Origin: Elusimicrobiota bacterium
GTDB lineage: Bacteria; Elusimicrobiota; Elusimicrobia; UBA1565; UBA9628
Reading direction: 5' to 3'
Assembly: GCA_016218545.1 (NCBI GenBank)
Contig: JACRDQ010000030.1
Location: forward strand, 256,172 to 320,171
DNA: 64,000 nt
Positions within the stretch are counted from its first letter, which is position 1. Every line of letters begins with the position of its first letter. The notes beneath the pieces were generated by a model. The model was not told the origin of the DNA and did not search any database. It saw only the letters and a list, made by a program, of their open reading frames with translations. Below are positions 60,612-64,000 of this stretch, piece after piece. The translations under genes were made by a program, and so were the position numbers.

Positions 60612-62221
60612 GGTCTGCTTCAGCGGTGTGGTGGGCGTGCGTCGTCTCAGCCGTGCTTCCGAGCCTTTCCTGGGCCATCCGCGTCGAGACCCTGACCGGG
60701 GTCCTGGCGGACGGGAGGCCCGTGGAGGTCGTGGCCGGCCAGGTCCTGGTGCGCTTCTCCACGGCCGCGGCTCACGCCCAGGCCCGGGCCGCGGCGCTCG
60801 AGAGCAGGGGCGGCCGCGACCGCGGGAGCGTGGGCGGGACGGATTGGGCCCTCGTGGACCTGCCTCCGGGCATGAAGGTCAGCGAGGGTCTGGGCTGGGT
60901 CAAGGCCCTGCCTGGCGCGCTCGCAGCGGAGCCCAACCATGTCATGCGGCCCAACAGGACCCCCAACGACCCGATCGTCTCCTCGCAGTGGGCCCTGAGG
61001 GCGGTCAATGCCTTCGGAGCGTGGGAGTATGAGACAGGAGGCTCCTCCCGGGTCACGGTCGCGGTCATCGACGCGGGCATCGACGCTGTCCATCCCGACC
61101 TGAGCGGCAAGCTCGTGGGCACGAGCCGCTTCTACGACCCTGACCTGGGCGACGGGGACCAGAGCGGGGTCAACCAGCCTCCGACTCCTGCCTGCAACCA
61201 CGCCACCCGCGTGGCGGGCGTGGCAGGCGCCTCCTCGGACAACGGGCTGGGCATCGCGGGCATGTCCTGGGGCGCGGGGCTGCTGTCCCTCAAGGTCTTC
61301 GAGGACAACGACTGCGACCTCACCGACTCCGGGTGCGGGCTCAGCGGGTGCGCCACCTCGATCGCGGCCGTGGTCGCCGCCCTCAACTACGCCAGGACCC
61401 TCCACAACACCGCGGCCATCGGCAAGATCGTGGTGAACATGAGCATCGGCGACGCCGTGACTTGTCCCGGGGCCCTGCAGGCCGGCGTCACCGACGCGGT
61501 CAACGACGGGCTCCTCCTCGTGGCCTCGGCCGGCAACGACGGCAGCGGCGTGATGTCTCCGGCCAACTGCACGGGAGTCATGCCCGTGGGAGCCACGGAC
61601 GAGAACAACGCGGTCGCTTCCTTCTCCTCGCGCGGCTCGGCCATGGCTTCCTACGGCCTGGTGGCCCCGGGCGTGATCGTGGTGACCTCGACCTTGGGCG
61701 ACACCTACGCGGGCGCGACCGGCACTTCCTTCTCCGCTCCCATGGTATCGGGCGCCGCTGCCCTGGTCTGGTCCGCCAGGCCGGAGTTCACGGCGGAGCA
61801 GGTCAAGCAGACCCTGAGGCTTTCCGCGGACAACATCGGCGCCATGGGGTTGGCGAGCGTCGGGTCACGGGTCATGGGCGATGCGAGCGGGGCAGGCAGG
61901 CTCAACGCCTTCCGGGCCATGCGCCTGGCCGTGAGAGGCACGCTCGCGGACTTCGAAGGCGACGCCAAGGCCATCGCGTTCCCGAACCCCTTCCGTCCCG
62001 GGGCCGACGGCCAGACGACCCTCACGGTCCCGCTCGAGGTCCAGGGGAGCCGGCTTTCCATCAAGGTCTACGACGCGGCCGGCAGGCTCGTGCGGGAGTT
62101 GAGCTCCACGAGCTGGGACGGCAAGAACACCGCGGGCGCGCGGGTGGCCTCCGGGGTCTACACCTTCTTCGTGAGCACGGACAAGGGCTCGGCCCTGGGC
62201 CGGCTGACCGTGGTCCGCTAG
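60608..62221 (+). CDS. Secreted subtilisin-family (S8) serine protease with C-terminal FlgD-Ig/T9SS-CTD-like beta-sandwich
   Basis: Signal peptide. Asp/His/Ser triad contexts VAVIDAGIDAVHPDL, HATRVAGVAG and GTSFSAPMVSGAAALV. C-terminal FPNPFRPG...SIKVYDAAGRLVREL...GVYTFFV... Confidence 0.85.
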   Translation: MRSASAVWWACVVSAVLPSLSWAIRVETLTGVLADGRPVEVVAGQVLVRFSTAAAHAQARAAALESRGGRDRGSVGGTDWALVDLPPGMKVSEGLGWVKALPGALAAEPNHVMRPNRTPNDPIVSSQWALRAVNAFGAWEYETGGSSRVTVAVIDAGIDAVHPDLSGKLVGTSRFYDPDLGDGDQSGVNQPPTPACNHATRVAGVAGASSDNGLGIAGMSWGAGLLSLKVFEDNDCDLTDSGCGLSGCATSIAAVVAALNYARTLHNTAAIGKIVVNMSIGDAVTCPGALQAGVTDAVNDGLLLVASAGNDGSGVMSPANCTGVMPVGATDENNAVASFSSRGSAMASYGLVAPGVIVVTSTLGDTYAGATGTSFSAPMVSGAAALVWSARPEFTAEQVKQTLRLSADNIGAMGLASVGSRVMGDASGAGRLNAFRAMRLAVRGTLADFEGDAKAIAFPNPFRPGADGQTTLTVPLEVQGSRLSIKVYDAAGRLVRELSSTSWDGKNTAGARVASGVYTFFVSTDKGSALGRLTVVR

Positions 62222-62568
62222 TGGAGGCCTTCGACGCTGCCCGCGGCCGCACCGTGGCCTCCCGGGTCGTCAAGGCCGAGGCCCTCCTCGACCGCATGCG
62301 AGGCCTGCTGGGCAAAGACTCCCTTCCCGAGGGCGAGGGGCTCTGGATCATCCCCTGCCCTCAGATCCACACCTTCTTCATGCGCTTTCCCATCGACGTC
62401 CTCTTCCTCGACCGCGGCCTCAAGGTCGTGCTGGTCAAGGAGCGCCTCGGGCCCTGGCGGCTTGCGCCCTGGCTGCCGTGGACCTGCGACGCGCACAGCG
62501 TGCTCGAGCTGGCGGCCGGGGCGCTCAGGGGCTCGGTCGAGGTCGGCGACCGGCTGGAGTTCCGCTGA
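62221..62568 (+). CDS. DUF192-family protein
   Basis: GEGLWIIPCPQIHTFFMRFPIDVLFLD...VLELAAG is the DUF192 pattern. GTG 62221 abuts the protease stop. Confidence 0.6.
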   Translation: MEAFDAARGRTVASRVVKAEALLDRMRGLLGKDSLPEGEGLWIIPCPQIHTFFMRFPIDVLFLDRGLKVVLVKERLGPWRLAPWLPWTCDAHSVLELAAGALRGSVEVGDRLEFR

Positions 62569-62671
62569 CGGCTTGCGACATTGAACCGGCGAGGCGTTTT
62601 TTAGTAAGAAATGTAAGATAAGGGCCGGGCCGCCCCTCGGGGCGGCTCCAGCGGGCCCAGGGAGAGCCAGT

Positions 62672-64000
<1,329 letters not shown>

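Noticed and set aside
62594-62650. T6 run (62596-62601) and the GC hairpin GCCGCCC-CTCG-GGGCGGC (62629-62646) upstream of pilB as an intrinsic terminator
   Set aside because: The T-run precedes the hairpin on the plus strand rather than following it, and no stem precedes the T-run. The AT-rich stretch with TAAGAT (62614-62619) is more likely promoter DNA and the hairpin a 5'-UTR element. The evidence is too weak to call either.

Overview
Very GC-rich bacterial chromosomal segment with strong third-codon-position GC bias. It is densely packed with about 58 protein genes, and many are joined by ATGA or GTGA start/stop overlaps. I found no rRNA, tRNA, CRISPR array or obvious transposase. The high GC content produces many long spurious antisense ORFs in the six-frame track, which I rejected. 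Envelope genes point to a diderm organism: lgt, mltA, a BON lipoprotein, a GT9 heptosyltransferase, an O-antigen-ligase-like protein and two GspE/PilB ATPases. Confidently recognised housekeeping genes are rluD-like, kbl, purH, ligA, nusB, speA, era, hemW-like, valS, rdgB (fused to TPR), murC, rsmA and efp. The accessory content is rich in signalling genes. One cluster holds MEDS, an OmpR-type regulator, a REC-fused GspE ATPase, a TPR protein and a histidine kinase. A second holds an FHA-adenylate cyclase, three tandem TPR ectodomain paralogs (the last fused to a Ser/Thr kinase), and a REC-histidine kinase hybrid. The best candidate for a new system is a translationally coupled operon at about 15.8-21.2 kb. 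It encodes a polyprenyl-diphosphate synthase, a PqqD-like peptide chaperone, three paralogous PqqE/MftC-like radical-SAM enzymes lacking SPASM cysteines, and a MenA-type prenyltransferase. It also contains a 41-codon ORF (20130..20255), absent from the ORF track, whose product resembles the PqqA/MftA precursor peptides. This suggests a peptide-derived and possibly prenylated cofactor or natural product. Other notable items are a 168-bp nested inverted-repeat (MITE-like) element, three 14-bp palindromes phased at exactly 24 bp in a 5' UTR, frequent -10 boxes 6-7 nt upstream of start codons (leaderless mRNAs), a secreted caspase/EF-hand/FGE-sulfatase fusion and an RdgB-TM-TPR fusion.
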